Positions 48,778-58,483 of a stretch of DNA of 64,000 bases are shown in pieces (positions within the stretch are counted from its first letter, which is position 1; every line of letters begins with the position of its first letter). The stretch comes from Candidatus Bathyarchaeia archaeon (GTDB taxonomy: Archaea > Thermoproteota > Bathyarchaeia > Bathyarchaeales > Bathycorpusculaceae), in contig JBEKSS010000006.1 of the NCBI GenBank assembly GCA_049516875.1, forward strand, positions 1 through 64,000, given 5' to 3'. A program made the translations under genes and the position numbers. The notes below the pieces were generated by a model. The model was not told the origin of the DNA. It ran no database searches and saw only the letters and a list, made by a program, of their open reading frames with translations.

Positions 48778-50475
48778 TCAAGCAGCTTTTGCCAAGTTGG
48801 CTCTAATCTTCTCTAGTCTTTTTTCCAGTTCTTCTCCGTTAACATCTATCTTTTTGAACAGAGGCTTTGGCTTGGTTATTTTGTGGTTGGGCGGCAACGG
48901 TTTTAAGGCTTCATCCCACTCCTGTTCATGGACAGTTCCTGACAGGTTAAGGGTTTTCCAGATCTCTTCCGCAGCAAACGGAATGAAGGGGGCCGAAACT
49001 ATCGCCAAGGCTTTGGCTATCTGTGCCGCTACGTTGAAGATGTTTGCCGCCTCACGCCGATTATCTTTAAAAAGTTTCCATGGTTCTTTCTCGTTCAGAT
49101 ATTGGTTTCCAATGCGGCTGATGCCTATCATGAGGTTTGCGGCAGATTGCAGCCTGCAGTTCTCAATCTCGTTGGCGACTGTCTCCACCTTGTCCTTCAG
49201 AGTGTTGAGGGTTTGCTCAGCATCTTTATCAGGCGTTTCGAGTTTCGGAATTTCTCCGTTGAACTGCGTGCTGATGAATGTCAGTGTTCGGTGAACAAAG
49301 TTGCCGAAAGTGTCGTTCAGGTCTCCGTTGACCTTCTCAATGAATAGCTCCCATGAGAAGTTTGAGTCCTTAGTCTCAGGCCTCGTTGACATCAGGTAGT
49401 AACGCCAGTAATCTGCTGGGAAAAGCTCCAGCGCTTCGTCTACCCATATGCCGATTCTTTGGCTCTTTGAAGCTTTTTCGCCTTTGAACTGGAGGAATTC
49501 GGTTGTGGAAACGTTCCACGGCAAATTGTAATCTTCACCCGAAGCTAAGAGTAACGCCGGAAGGATTATCGTATGGAACGGAATGTTGTCTTTACCAATG
49601 AAGTACAGGGTCTTGGCTTCCTTGTCAAACCAGTATTGCTTCCATTGATCTGGTTCGTCACGGTTTTTGAAATACTCGATTGTCGCTGAAACGTAGCCTA
49701 AGACAGCCTCAACCCAGACGTACACTCTCTTGTCTTCAGCTCCTGGGAAAGGCGCTACAATGCCCCAGCTAATGTCTCTGGTAACCGCTCTAGGTTTCAG
49801 GCCTTCTTTCACCATGTTCAAGCTGAAGTTCTTGGCGTTGTCTGGCAACTGTTTATTGCCTTTCAAGTAGCTGCTGATTTCTTTTGAGAATCTTGGCAGA
49901 TCAAAGTACCAGTGAGTGGTTTTTCTTGTAACCGGCTTGCTTCTGCAGATTGCACAGTGCGGTTCAATTAGAAGTGTTGTTTCCAGTAATCGTCCGCACG
50001 CTTCACATTGGTCTCCGCGTGCGCGTTCATAACCACAGTATGGGCACTTACCTCCAACGTATCTGTCTGGCAGAAAGCGGCTACACTTCTCACAATAGAG
50101 CATTTCTGTTTCCTGAGTGAAAATGTAACCTTTGTTGTAGATTTTCATCAGGTGCTGTTGCACAAACTCATTGTGCACGGGGTTTTCGGTGCGCGTGTAA
50201 TTATCGAAAGAGAGACCCCATTTCTTGAACAATTCAACAATCTTCGCATGGTTCCTGTCGGTCAACTGCTTTGGTGAGATACCGAGTTTTATGGCTTCGA
50301 CTTCTGTTGGCGTTCCATGCTCATCCGACCCACTGACCATCAGCACCTCTTCGCCTTTCAACCTATAGTATCTGGCAACAACATCAGCAGACAAGCATTG
50401 CAAAACCGTACCTAGGTGGGGAAGGTAGTTCGCGTACGGCCAAGCAGAGGTTACCAAGATTTTTTCTCGTTTCAA
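48778..50475 (-). CDS. metG: Methionine--tRNA ligase (no C-terminal tRNA-binding domain)
   Basis: PYAN..PHLG, GSDEHG, Zn knuckles, FIGKDN, KASKS. Confidence 0.95.
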   Translation of the reverse strand: MKREKILVTSAWPYANYLPHLGTVLQCLSADVVARYYRLKGEEVLMVSGSDEHGTPTEVEAIKLGISPKQLTDRNHAKIVELFKKWGLSFDNYTRTENPVHNEFVQQHLMKIYNKGYIFTQETEMLYCEKCSRFLPDRYVGGKCPYCGYERARGDQCEACGRLLETTLLIEPHCAICRSKPVTRKTTHWYFDLPRFSKEISSYLKGNKQLPDNAKNFSLNMVKEGLKPRAVTRDISWGIVAPFPGAEDKRVYVWVEAVLGYVSATIEYFKNRDEPDQWKQYWFDKEAKTLYFIGKDNIPFHTIILPALLLASGEDYNLPWNVSTTEFLQFKGEKASKSQRIGIWVDEALELFPADYWRYYLMSTRPETKDSNFSWELFIEKVNGDLNDTFGNFVHRTLTFISTQFNGEIPKLETPDKDAEQTLNTLKDKVETVANEIENCRLQSAANLMIGISRIGNQYLNEKEPWKLFKDNRREAANIFNVAAQIAKALAIVSAPFIPFAAEEIWKTLNLSGTVHEQEWDEALKPLPPNHKITKPKPLFKKIDVNGEELEKRLEKIRANLAKAA

Positions 50476-50819
50476 AGTAACTCCCCAACATAATGTTTAG
50501 TTACAGATTACAGGATCTGTTACTTATGTACTGCGTTTTCAACGTAGAATACTGGTTTCCTAAGGTTTCTCGTTCACTTGGGCTTCCTCACCGCTTCACG
50601 TTCAATGTGCTACAGGAGATTTGAACACGGATTTCATGCTGTGAGCAATGTCTTTTTTTCACAGAATTTTGGGTTTTCTGAAGATAAGAATCAAGAGTCA
50701 CACGCGCAACTTGAACGAAATGTCTGGCGAACAAAAGGTCATTAAATGGCATTACCACAAAATAGGATGAAATGATGTGGATTTCGGTAGGCATGTTTCT
50801 AACTGAAATCACTCTGCTC

Positions 50820-50912
50820 AGCCTGCCCGAGCGCACTTGGATCATATTTGACCCATATACTGAACCCGAGGTAGGGCAGGTGTGTACACACTTGCGAAGT
50901 GCGCTCTGGATC
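50820..50912. ncRNA. Candidate structured RNA element (pseudoknot-like)
   Basis: CCTGCCC/GGGCAGG and GAGCGCACTT/AAGTGCGCTC interleaved, plus internal hairpins. Confidence 0.3.
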
Positions 50913-51036
50913 CGCTGAAATGTAACCCGCGCGAGGTGATACAGTTTGGTTATTAAGCATCTATTTCCTTGCTCCATATGTGTTAAATATGGCGGTTTCG
51001 TTAGTCTCGACGTGCCATGGTGGTGTAATAGACAAA

Positions 51037-51369
51037 ATGTTAGATGTGTTGATGTGGATTTTTTGGTTCCTTTTCGGTGCGTACAGCTTCTGGTTTTTGA
51101 CGCACGCCAAAAGATCGCAACCTTTGACATTGGATGAACTTGTTATTCTTTGGAAAATACATAAGCAACAAGCAAGATGCAACACACCACTGTCAAGAGT
51201 GAAGCCTATCATAGACTCGCGTTCGAACGAGTTTTCGGGGTTCAGGTGCGAGTGCGGCTACGAATATCAATCGAAACGCCTAATACTTCAGAGGCATGCA
51301 CTTGACAATAACATGTTTGCTGCAGTGTCTTCCAGCAACGGAGAACGATCGTCGCTTCTAAAGACCTAG
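51037..51369 (+). CDS. Membrane-anchored hypothetical protein with Zn-ribbon-like motif
   Basis: N-terminal TM helix; H...C and GFRCECGY. Confidence 0.65.
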   Translation: MLDVLMWIFWFLFGAYSFWFLTHAKRSQPLTLDELVILWKIHKQQARCNTPLSRVKPIIDSRSNEFSGFRCECGYEYQSKRLILQRHALDNNMFAAVSSSNGERSSLLKT

Positions 51370-51617
51370 CCTTGACTCGGACGGCTATGGATAAATTCAA
51401 AAGTGTCATTTGAACACTGTATCACTAGATCATGTTTAGGTTCGCTATTCTTCACACGGGTCAAGACGTCCAACCTGCTCAAGAAGGCGGTGACCAAATC
51501 ATCTACGAGAATTTCCTGCATTTCCCTTGAAAGCGTACTAATGTTCGCCTTGAAGACTTTGCCCATCTCAGTTGCAAGTGCTTTTCTCTGTTTGGCCGAA
51601 ATGTTCTGCCTCAACAA
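51366..51617 (-). CDS. Small hypothetical protein
   Basis: 83 aa; SD-like GGAGG before the TTG. Confidence 0.6.
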   Translation of the reverse strand: MLRQNISAKQRKALATEMGKVFKANISTLSREMQEILVDDLVTAFLSRLDVLTRVKNSEPKHDLVIQCSNDTFEFIHSRPSQG

Positions 51618-51911
51618 CCTTCCTCCATTTTAAGTCAAATGAGACCTGCGGCATTTAATTGGCTTATGAAGATGAAATATGAATTACCGATTAGGATGGC
51701 AATTCCTCTCCTAGGCTTCATATTCTTCTGTTCATTTTGGCTGTTCTCTTAGATGAAAAGGCTACGTTTTGACCAATGTAGTCCAAGCTTGTTTGTTCTG
51801 ACTTAAACAACACAACAGACAAGGCAATAACGTACATAGAATTGAGAGTAAGCATGAATCCGAGACCAAGAAATCGCCACTTCTCTGAATACTAAATGCA
51901 CTTCGTGTGCA

Positions 51912-52025
51912 TTAGGCGATTATCCAAGCGTCTGGATTCTGATATCTGACTTTAACAGTTCCATTCCAGATTATGTCTGCTAAGGCAAGAAAATCTCTGC
52001 TTGCGAGTCTTCTTTTTCTGTTCAT
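51912..52025 (-). CDS. Possible 37-aa micro-ORF
   Basis: MNRKRRLASRDFLALADIIWNGTVKVRYQNPDAWIIA*, followed by the hairpin AATGCAC..GTGCATT. Confidence 0.35.
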   Translation of the reverse strand: MNRKRRLASRDFLALADIIWNGTVKVRYQNPDAWIIA

Positions 52026-52116
52026 TTCCAGACACTGATAGACCTATTCGTAAATCACAATATTAACAAAATTTCAAGCATGCAAATATGTCGCAAATCG
52101 ATACGTCGAGTAGAAA

Positions 52117-53358
52117 TCAAGGCCGATTCTGCTTAATGCTCTCTTTCGCCAAACTAGGCAAAATTTCCCTTATTTTGGAAGCAGGGGCATTTGACCTAAT
52201 CCCTCGTGAACTGAAATGTGTTAGAGAAGCTTGAAAGCCTTCTCGTGTCAAGGCTTCAACCACTTTCTTGACGGGTGGAACTGGAAGGTTCAAGGAGTCG
52301 CACAGTCTGTCGACTACGTAATAAGTAATCGGCGCTTCAACTTCGGTTCTGATGACGGCGAGAATTCTTTGTATTTTATGCGCAAGCCCAAGTCTTCGCT
52401 GGTGGACTTCGTTTTCCATGAGTTCACAAAAACGCGAATCAAATAGTCTGCCAAGCCACAGAGGCCCGGCGATGTTGAGTTTTGACCCGCATTCGCTGCA
52501 TCTATCTGAGCGATGAACCATAAACATTTTGTCCACTTTTTCTCTGTGGAAACATTTGAAGCAGTGCAGTATGTACCCCATGTTTGTGATGCTTTCATCA
52601 GCGTTCTTGGCGCCATATTGTATGGTCGCATAGGCTCTGACGTAGTGTTCTGCTCGGTGACTGAAAACCAAGTTCACACCGATGTCGTGTTTTGCTGCCG
52701 TTGTGGTCAGGCAGCCGGCTAAGAGTCTTACGGCCAATTCATGGCAGTACTCCGTTCTCAGCGGTTTTCCTCCGTACTTTCTGATGCATGCCCTCGGATG
52801 TACTCCGCACAGAGGTGCCATGTCTGTTGCAGTTAGGGCTAGGAGGCCTCCGTTGCGTAATGCTCGGACGGCAGAGTCGAGGAAGCGCACTGGAGAGCCA
52901 AAGGGATCTATGTCTATTGCGTCAAATCGCCTGTGCGGTGCGCTGTGGCGGCTCAGAAGAAGATTTGCTTCTTCATGCTTCACAGTTACCTTTTCAGCTA
53001 ATCCGTTTAATCGCACGTTCAAGCTGGCGAGCCGGAAGGCTCTCTCGCTTATATCATTCATCACGGCCTTCTTGACACCTTCTACCTCCGCTGCGAAACG
53101 AATCCCTCTAAGCCCGCAGCCGGTCAGAGGTTCGCAAACAATGATTTCGCGGTTGACTATCCTTTGGTAGGCTTGCAGGGCTAGAACAGCTAGATCACGG
53201 TTCAATTCCATAACTGGGTTGTAGAACACGGGAGCTTTTGAGGGCGCGTAATCGGAGGGCAGCCTTACAAATGCTTCAAGCCTCGGGACGAGTGTCTCAA
53301 CCCTGCCTTCTTTGACTGTTACTGTTGGAAAATCAGGCTTCAAATCCTCGCGAGCCAT
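52117..53358 (-). CDS. trm1: tRNA (guanine(26)-N2)-dimethyltransferase Trm1
   Basis: VFYNPVMELNRD, GLRGIR, IDIDPFGSP, TATD. Confidence 0.95.
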   Translation of the reverse strand: MAREDLKPDFPTVTVKEGRVETLVPRLEAFVRLPSDYAPSKAPVFYNPVMELNRDLAVLALQAYQRIVNREIIVCEPLTGCGLRGIRFAAEVEGVKKAVMNDISERAFRLASLNVRLNGLAEKVTVKHEEANLLLSRHSAPHRRFDAIDIDPFGSPVRFLDSAVRALRNGGLLALTATDMAPLCGVHPRACIRKYGGKPLRTEYCHELAVRLLAGCLTTTAAKHDIGVNLVFSHRAEHYVRAYATIQYGAKNADESITNMGYILHCFKCFHREKVDKMFMVHRSDRCSECGSKLNIAGPLWLGRLFDSRFCELMENEVHQRRLGLAHKIQRILAVIRTEVEAPITYYVVDRLCDSLNLPVPPVKKVVEALTREGFQASLTHFSSRGIRSNAPASKIREILPSLAKESIKQNRP

Positions 53359-53436
53359 GATTTGTCTATTTCCTAGTTAAGATTACGAAAAACCCTTTTA
53401 GGCCAATATTAGACTTCTGGTTGCAGGGCGGGACTG

Positions 53437-53994
53437 TTGACGAAGAGAATATTGTTATTAACTGGCACCCCGGGCGTGGGAAAGACGTCGGTTCTGCTGA
53501 GAATCGTTGAGTCTTTGAAGGCCAAGGGCTACAAAGTTGGCGGTATGGTGAGCCGCGAGGTCCGAGTGGGGGGCGGTCGAGTGGGCTTCGAAATCCTTGA
53601 CCTGAACACGGGCAGAAAGGGTTGGCTTGCCCATGTGGGTCAAAAACAGGGTCGACAAGTTGGCAGGTACCGAGTGAACCTTGGAGATCTTGCCGGCATC
53701 GGCGTGGAAGCGATAACGAATGCTGTTACTAGATCTGACGTAATTATTATTGATGAAATCGGGCCGATGGAGCTTTGCTCTCCGAAGTTCAAGGAGGCTG
53801 TCAGAAAGGCTGCTGAGAGTCCGAAGCTCATAATAGGCGTTGTTCATTGGAAGGCAGCGGATAGCCTAATAGCTGAAATAAAGGGGAGGGACGATGCTGA
53901 AGTGCATTTGGTCACTCTTGAAAACAGGGGAAGCTTGCATGGGTTGGTGTTTGGACAAGCTCTTGATTTCCTTTCAGGAACTGCGCGAGAATAA
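53437..53994 (+). CDS. NTPase (THEP1/NTPase_1 family)
   Basis: TGTPGVGKT, IIDEIGPME. Confidence 0.92.
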   Translation: MTKRILLLTGTPGVGKTSVLLRIVESLKAKGYKVGGMVSREVRVGGGRVGFEILDLNTGRKGWLAHVGQKQGRQVGRYRVNLGDLAGIGVEAITNAVTRSDVIIIDEIGPMELCSPKFKEAVRKAAESPKLIIGVVHWKAADSLIAEIKGRDDAEVHLVTLENRGSLHGLVFGQALDFLSGTARE

Positions 53995-54047
53995 AGCATT
54001 ATTACTCTAAAGTTGAGATAGGCTTCTGAGAGACGAGATGGATTTCG

Positions 54048-54710
54048 ATGCTGATTGCTGGTGTGGACGACGCGGGACGCGGCGCCGTGATCGGGCCGTT
54101 GGTTATCGCTGGAGTTCTGGTAAAGGAAGAGGATTTGCCGAGGCTCAAGGAGTTGGGAGTCAAGGATTCGAAGCTGCTGTCTCCTCGTAGACGTGAGATT
54201 CTTGCTGTTGAAATCAGAAGGATTGCTGAGAACTTTAACGTGATGAAGCTTTCGCCGAGAGAAATCGATGTCGTTGTTAACAGCGGCAGAAAACTTCACA
54301 AGCTTAATTATCTGGAGGCACAGACGATGGCCAGGGTTATAGAAGCGCTCAGGCCGGACATTGTTTATGTTGACGCCTCGGATGTTCTGGAAGAGCGGTT
54401 TAAGCAGCACATTTTGGAGTGCATGTCTTTCAAGGTTAACATCATTTCGGAACACAAGGCTGACAGAAACTACGTTGTTGTGTCAGCAGCTTCGATAATC
54501 GCCAAGGTGGAGAGAGACGAAGCGATTGCAGAACTGGCGAAGACTTTGGGAGATTTTGGATCGGGTTATCCTTCAGACCCAAGAACGATGAGTTTTCTGA
54601 AAGAGTGTTGCGAAAAACTGGAGGAGTACCCGGATTATGTCAGAAAATCTTGGAAACCGGCCAAGAGAGTCAAAGACGAGAAAGGTTCTCAGCAGACAAG
54701 GCTTATCTGA
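54048..54710 (+). CDS. rnhB: Ribonuclease HII
   Basis: GVDDAGRG, KDSK, EHKAD, SAASIIAK, GSGYPSD; C-terminal PIP-like QTRL. Confidence 0.96.
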   Translation: MLIAGVDDAGRGAVIGPLVIAGVLVKEEDLPRLKELGVKDSKLLSPRRREILAVEIRRIAENFNVMKLSPREIDVVVNSGRKLHKLNYLEAQTMARVIEALRPDIVYVDASDVLEERFKQHILECMSFKVNIISEHKADRNYVVVSAASIIAKVERDEAIAELAKTLGDFGSGYPSDPRTMSFLKECCEKLEEYPDYVRKSWKPAKRVKDEKGSQQTRLI

Positions 54711-55653
54711 CGCTTGCGAGTAGATCTTCAGGGTTCTTGATTCTGGAAGCGTCCTCGCTGCTAATGCAAGGGATGTTTTTTTCTGGTTGCTGCTCGTCCT
54801 CCGTTATGAGTATTGGACGTGCCCGGGTGACTCTGCTGACACTCAGTATTTCATCCACCCTTTTGTCCAGTTCCAGTTCTTTCCTGTTTGCGATACCGCC
54901 GATTATCCTCATTCTCTCTTCTGGAGCGCTTATTACGAAATCAAAAGGTGCCCTCTTAACCGCTGTGACGTGATAGTGGACCCATCTTCTGAGAATCTTG
55001 CTGAGAATCCTGTTTCTTGCAAGCATAAGCTTTGCTGTCGTCAGCACGCACGATTTGCGTTGATTCTCTGGCTTCTCAAGAATGTTCACTGATTTTGCGA
55101 CTGGGATTCCCAGCGCCCAAATCAAGTTGTAAGCTGCCGTCACTGAGGCTTTCGCCATGCCCCGCTCGTAGCCGTAAATCGTTCTTCGGGACGTGCTCAC
55201 CATCTCAGCCACTTCACCTGCTGACAACCCTAGTTCCTGTCTTCTCCGTTTCAGTGCCTCGCGGTCAATCTCGACGTAGTAGCCGCCAGGATTGGCTTGA
55301 ATCAGTGGGCGTATGTTGTGAAGCACGACGTTCTTGAAGGTTCTTGGGGTGACGGCCAGAATATCGTGTCTCGTGTATACTGTGTCGTCTTGCAGGGGTT
55401 TTTCACGTGCTTCCTCGCCTATTAACAGGCAAGGCGCTGAGAAAGTTTCGGATATAGCTTTCAACTCTGTTGAATCGTTTGTTGAGAGGCTTCCGATGTC
55501 GGGTTGAACCCTCATGAAAATGAGAGTTTCACCTTTGCGGGCTGCAAGGTCGAAGCAGCTCGGCCGCGAACGGCAGGGTTCAGAAACAGTAAACCCGGCT
55601 TCTCTTAGTGTGGATTCTGCGGCTCTTAAGCCCATCCTCACCAAGCAAGCCAT
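54703..55653 (-). CDS. Archaeal HTH (Xre-type) transcriptional regulator, COG1395-like
   Basis: SCFDLAARK, GGYYVEID..LKRRR..GLS...SRRTIYGYERG, APFD. Confidence 0.85.
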   Translation of the reverse strand: MACLVRMGLRAAESTLREAGFTVSEPCRSRPSCFDLAARKGETLIFMRVQPDIGSLSTNDSTELKAISETFSAPCLLIGEEAREKPLQDDTVYTRHDILAVTPRTFKNVVLHNIRPLIQANPGGYYVEIDREALKRRRQELGLSAGEVAEMVSTSRRTIYGYERGMAKASVTAAYNLIWALGIPVAKSVNILEKPENQRKSCVLTTAKLMLARNRILSKILRRWVHYHVTAVKRAPFDFVISAPEERMRIIGGIANRKELELDKRVDEILSVSRVTRARPILITEDEQQPEKNIPCISSEDASRIKNPEDLLASVR

Positions 55654-55895
55654 GGAATCGCCACGTAGGATAACCCAGTGCAGTGAAGGATATAAACTAT
55701 ATGACGAGTATCACAATGGGAGGATGCCTGTGGTTAGACAGAAAGTGAACATATTTCACTGTCGAGCCATTTCAGAATCAAATGCAACAAACCTGAGTCG
55801 TGAATCTGGGCAGAAAGAAATAACAGTTACAAGAATGTTTTGAAGGTTGTCCCCATTTGTCAACACAATGAGCATGATTTGGTTGGCTTCCCAGG

Positions 55896-56597
55896 TCATG
55901 TATTGCTTTGAGCCACTATCATTGCGTGTGCCTTGTCGTAGGGTTCCAGGTACACAGTCTGTTCCGTGCGGAAACCGCGTTTTTCCAGCACTTTGATTTC
56001 GCGTTTGTAGATTTCTGATGGCTCTTTTGTCACGTCTATGCTTTGGGCTTTCACGGCCAGCATTATCCATCCTGAGTTCTTGAGGAACAGGTCGGCGTTG
56101 TCTGCTAAAATTTTTGCTTGCTCAGACTGGGCTATGTCGCAGTAGATGTCATCGACCTTTCTGGTGATGAATATCGCATATTTTTCTGGAAAGCGTGCAT
56201 CTTCGAGTATGGGCGACATGTTTAGCCTGTAATTGCACACGTTGTCCACTAGATCCCTTATTGATCTTGAAGCAAACTCTACGCAGTACACGTGGCCTTT
56301 TTCGCCTATTATGTCTGAAACGTGGCTGGCCGTTGTCCCTGAGGCTGCGCCCAGGTAAAGGACTGTGTGCCCCGGTTTTATCGGGATTGTGTTTAAACCT
56401 TTCAGAATTGCCGCGGCAAGTTTGCTTCTGAACGCGTCCCATACGCGGTATTCTGCGCCATCAAACCTTACGAGCCTTTCTCCGTAGACGTTCCTTCCGT
56501 GCGACAGGTTTTTTGTCGCGAGCCGTTGTGCACCTTCTTCAAGCATCACTTGATATACAGCTTGAAACTGGGGGTGTGGCTTTACCTTAACGTTCAC
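55896..56597 (-). CDS. flpA: Fibrillarin (box C/D 2'-O-methyltransferase)
   Basis: VYGE, RSKLAA, VLYLGAASGTT.SHVSD, LEPY. Confidence 0.96.
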   Translation of the reverse strand: MNVKVKPHPQFQAVYQVMLEEGAQRLATKNLSHGRNVYGERLVRFDGAEYRVWDAFRSKLAAAILKGLNTIPIKPGHTVLYLGAASGTTASHVSDIIGEKGHVYCVEFASRSIRDLVDNVCNYRLNMSPILEDARFPEKYAIFITRKVDDIYCDIAQSEQAKILADNADLFLKNSGWIMLAVKAQSIDVTKEPSEIYKREIKVLEKRGFRTEQTVYLEPYDKAHAMIVAQSNT

Positions 56598-57816
56598 GCT
56601 TATGCTTTCTCCACTTGTCCGTTCTAGGTTTCTCACTCCTAGTTTTCACAGCTGGCATTGGCGGAGGCTGATCGTATTTCTTGTGGATTTCGTCGATTCG
56701 TTTGTCCAGGACGGCTTTCAGTTCTGCTCCTATTTGCCTTCTTCCGAAAGCGTCCGCTCTCGTGGCTATGGCCAACTTCCCCGCCAGTGCCCTGGCAATT
56801 TTCCCCCTCTGCCATCTTTTCGCGTCATGTATCATGGTGTGCTGGAAGATCATGCCGTGTTTTGGCGGTCTTGTCCCTGTTTTCAGTGAACGGAACAGGG
56901 CTTTCTCGGCACCCAGTATCTGGATTGTGCTTGCAGGTCTTTTGGCAAGGTTTGTCAAACCTCCAGCTACTGCTATCAAACGTGCTCCTAGGAGGGAGCC
57001 TACCATGTACTTCGTGTTCGGTGCTACCTCCTCCATGGTTGAGTCAAGGTAGCCCTCCAGGTTTTGCCTCAACTGATACAGGCGAGTTACGTCTCTGCAG
57101 AGGGCTTGAATCTGGGCTAGGTCTGCTTCTGCGAGATCTGCGCCCATGGATTTTTCAGCCACTTTGGCGATTCCCTCAGCTTTCGCCTTCGGAACTTCCT
57201 CTTTTTCAAGTCTTTCAACCGTGAAATTCTCTTTGCTGCCAAGATCCACAACCAGGCGAGCGTAAGTCTCATGCTTTTCCAGCAGCCTGTCGAGTTCTGG
57301 AAAGTGTATTCCGTACCATTCTCTCACGCGTGCCATGAGCATGTTTATCGTCTTGTCCAGCTCATCGAGAGTCTGGATGGCTTGAGCTACAACCAGGTCT
57401 CTCTTCTCCACAGCGCCCTTAACCCGCAACTTGGCGGTTTCCACCGCGAAATCGTGCATCCACAAGCCGAAGTCCTTGGAGTTTCTTACGAAGCCTGTTT
57501 CTACCGCAATTGTTTCAGTTTTTGAACGAACCAGTTCTCCAGCTGGCGAACGTTTGTCAACCTCAACACTGACGTTGAATCTCCTTTCAACAGTTTTGGC
57601 AAGGCTCGGGTTCTCGAAAACGAAGGCGTCATAGCCTTTGTCCTTAAGAGTGTCCATCAGGCTTTGAATCGCATCAACCATTTTACCGGCCTCAATGTCC
57701 AAAAGCGTTTGGGCCGCGACCTGCGGTTTCTTTTGGAACAACGCCTTGTCGACGAGCTCGTTTTCTTCGTTGAAAGCCAGTATGCCGAAGGAACACTCAA
57801 TCAGCGTCACTTTCAC
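56587..57816 (-). CDS. nop5: Box C/D RNP protein Nop5 (Nop56/58)
   Basis: REWYGIHFPEL, PASTIQILGAEKALF, PKHG. Confidence 0.96.
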   Translation of the reverse strand: MKVTLIECSFGILAFNEENELVDKALFQKKPQVAAQTLLDIEAGKMVDAIQSLMDTLKDKGYDAFVFENPSLAKTVERRFNVSVEVDKRSPAGELVRSKTETIAVETGFVRNSKDFGLWMHDFAVETAKLRVKGAVEKRDLVVAQAIQTLDELDKTINMLMARVREWYGIHFPELDRLLEKHETYARLVVDLGSKENFTVERLEKEEVPKAKAEGIAKVAEKSMGADLAEADLAQIQALCRDVTRLYQLRQNLEGYLDSTMEEVAPNTKYMVGSLLGARLIAVAGGLTNLAKRPASTIQILGAEKALFRSLKTGTRPPKHGMIFQHTMIHDAKRWQRGKIARALAGKLAIATRADAFGRRQIGAELKAVLDKRIDEIHKKYDQPPPMPAVKTRSEKPRTDKWRKHKRER

Positions 57817-58072
57817 AACTTGTCCCTCAGCATCAACTAACCTCAGCTTTGTCTTTAATAAGGTATCGCAGCCTAACCTTGTTCGTCAGAGTCTTTTCTT
57901 TGTTGTTTTTGCATGGACTAGTGGCTGAGACTGAGGTAGAAAAATCTATTAAACCTAGGTTTAAACCACCGATGCAGCTTCCTTCACGCATTCTCATGGA
58001 AAAGCTAAAATAGGTTAAGCTCCGAGCTAATTTCCTACTTGTAAAGTGTTGTAGAGGAGGCGACAAGAGAAT

Positions 58073-58270
58073 TTGGATAAGAGGATTCTTGCTTTGGGCA
58101 TAGTGCTGATCATCATTGCTATAATGCTAGGCGCAGTTCAACATTTCGTCATGAACCTCTATGGCAGCACAGACAACAGATGGTACTTCTGGGGTTTGGT
58201 CGGAATCATCGGATTGATCGGCATCATCCTTGCAGCTTGCTCCTACATGAGGAATCCGAAGAAGCAGTAG
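58073..58270 (+). CDS. Small two-TM membrane protein
   Basis: 65 aa, two hydrophobic helices, SD GGAGG upstream. Confidence 0.65.
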   Translation: MDKRILALGIVLIIIAIMLGAVQHFVMNLYGSTDNRWYFWGLVGIIGLIGIILAACSYMRNPKKQ

Positions 58271-58483
58271 CGTCCTTGCTGTCGTTTGACAGTGAGGGAC
58301 GTCCAGCATTTTTTTAGTCTTAACATCCAGAAGGAGTAAAGCCGGATTTCCTCGGATATGTCTGTATTTCACGGAAAACTGGGTTTTGAGGCTCTTAGAA
58401 GTGCAAGCGATATATGCTTCGTCCGCAGAAAACAATGCTTTAATAATGAATATGTTATCGTTACTGAAAAGATGCTCGCGGGG

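Noticed and set aside
50770-50920. Box C/D sRNA (ATGATG...CTGA)
   Set aside because: Box C is imperfect, there is no C' box, and the spacing does not fit two ~12-nt guides
50588-51130. 180-aa minus-strand ORF
   Set aside because: Composition is not protein-like and it overlaps the more plausible plus-strand gene and the structured element
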